Below, in pieces: positions 54,592 through 54,789 of a stretch of 54,789 bases of DNA (within the stretch, counting starts at the first letter, position 1; each line of letters opens with the position of its first letter). The notes beneath the pieces are model-generated. The model had not been told where the DNA came from. It saw only the letters and a program-made list of their open reading frames with translations, and searched no databases. The stretch comes from Candidatus Limnocylindrales bacterium (GTDB taxonomy: Bacteria > Chloroflexota > Limnocylindria > Limnocylindrales > CSP1-4), in contig DATHYZ010000103.1 in assembly GCA_035458865.1 (NCBI GenBank), positions 1-54,789 of the forward strand. Reading direction: 5' to 3'. A program made the translations under genes and the position numbers.

Positions 54592-54789
54592 TCAGTCCCT
54601 CCGCAGCAGCAGGTGCCAGTAGGCGTAGGTCCCGTGCGCCTCGGTGTCCTCGGCGACGATGGCCAGGTCGGCGTCGCGCAGCCAGCCCCGGACGCGCTCT
54701 CGCCCCGGGTAGTAGTGGTACCCGGCGACGTCGCCCTCCACGACCTCGCCGCGCACCGCCGGCAGATCCTGCGCCCGGAGCGCCGCGTA
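54592..54789 (-). CDS. Possible C-terminal fragment of a hypothetical protein; the start lies outside the window
   Basis: An open frame runs to the window edge on the minus strand (...GYHYYPGRERVRGWLRDADLAIVAEDTEAHGTYAYWHLLLRRD-stop). The composition is protein-like but no family is recognised. Confidence 0.3.
   Translation of the reverse strand, partial: YAALRAQDLPAVRGEVVEGDVAGYHYYPGRERVRGWLRDADLAIVAEDTEAHGTYAYWHLLLRRD

Noticed and set aside
54582-54602. Hairpin GGAGGG-N7-CCCTCC after the enoyl-CoA hydratase stop as a terminator
   Set aside because: The stem has only 6 bp and there is no U-tract. It also overlaps the stop codon of the possible minus-strand ORF. It is noted but not reported as a feature.
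1-54789. Search for mobile elements, prophage, tRNA/rRNA genes or a recognisable defence island
   Set aside because: I recognised no integrase, transposase, recombinase, phage structural, cas or restriction-modification genes, and no tRNA-like cloverleaf. The window reads as core metabolism. The only hints of mobility are the repeat cluster at 43.7-43.9 kb and the two pseudogene remnants.

Overview
Very GC-rich, gene-dense bacterial chromosome segment. Gene content (MarP-type protease, MMPL remnant, F420-type LLM oxidoreductase, PPK2) and TANNNT -10 boxes placed for leaderless transcripts suggest an Actinomycetota-like organism; that is inference only. I support about 45 protein-coding genes. 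I found no rRNA, tRNA, CRISPR array, transposase, integrase or phage genes, so this looks like core chromosome rather than an island. The centre is a branched-chain amino acid supercluster. leuCD on the minus strand diverges from a translationally coupled ilvB-ilvN-ilvC-leuA-leuB-cimA run. That run is preceded by a promoter, a Leu/Ile/Val-rich leader ORF and a terminator hairpin, and is followed by an orphan gene encoding only the LeuA/CimA allosteric domain, then pheA. Other blocks: a fabD-KAS-KAS fatty-acid cluster with a divergent MarR; a copper theme (CopA with an extra TM helix and a C-terminal cupredoxin, plus a membrane-anchored four-cupredoxin protein); ilvD-GNAT-LLM; an alkylsulfatase; a cyclase-STAND-TPR signalling protein; a divergent pyrE/DHOD-like pair; mscL; PPK2; an aldehyde dehydrogenase; a MOP-type Mo-aldehyde oxidoreductase followed by TusE/DsrC and a NifS-like desulfurase; and an acyl-CoA dehydrogenase / ADP-forming acyl-CoA synthetase / enoyl-CoA hydratase operon. 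The most interesting items are the orphan LeuA regulatory-domain gene, the Mo-hydroxylase + TusE + desulfurase trio with a structured leader, the extracytoplasmic cupredoxin fused to CopA, the multi-cupredoxin protein, the ilv attenuator, two decayed transporter remnants (MMPL, SulP/STAS), and a hairpin-repeat cluster overlapping the 3' end of an XRE-HTH/PD-(D/E)xK nuclease-like gene. Every family assignment comes from motif recognition by eye and needs HMM or BLAST confirmation. The many long Arg/Pro/Gly-rich ORFs in alternative frames are treated as high-GC shadow ORFs.
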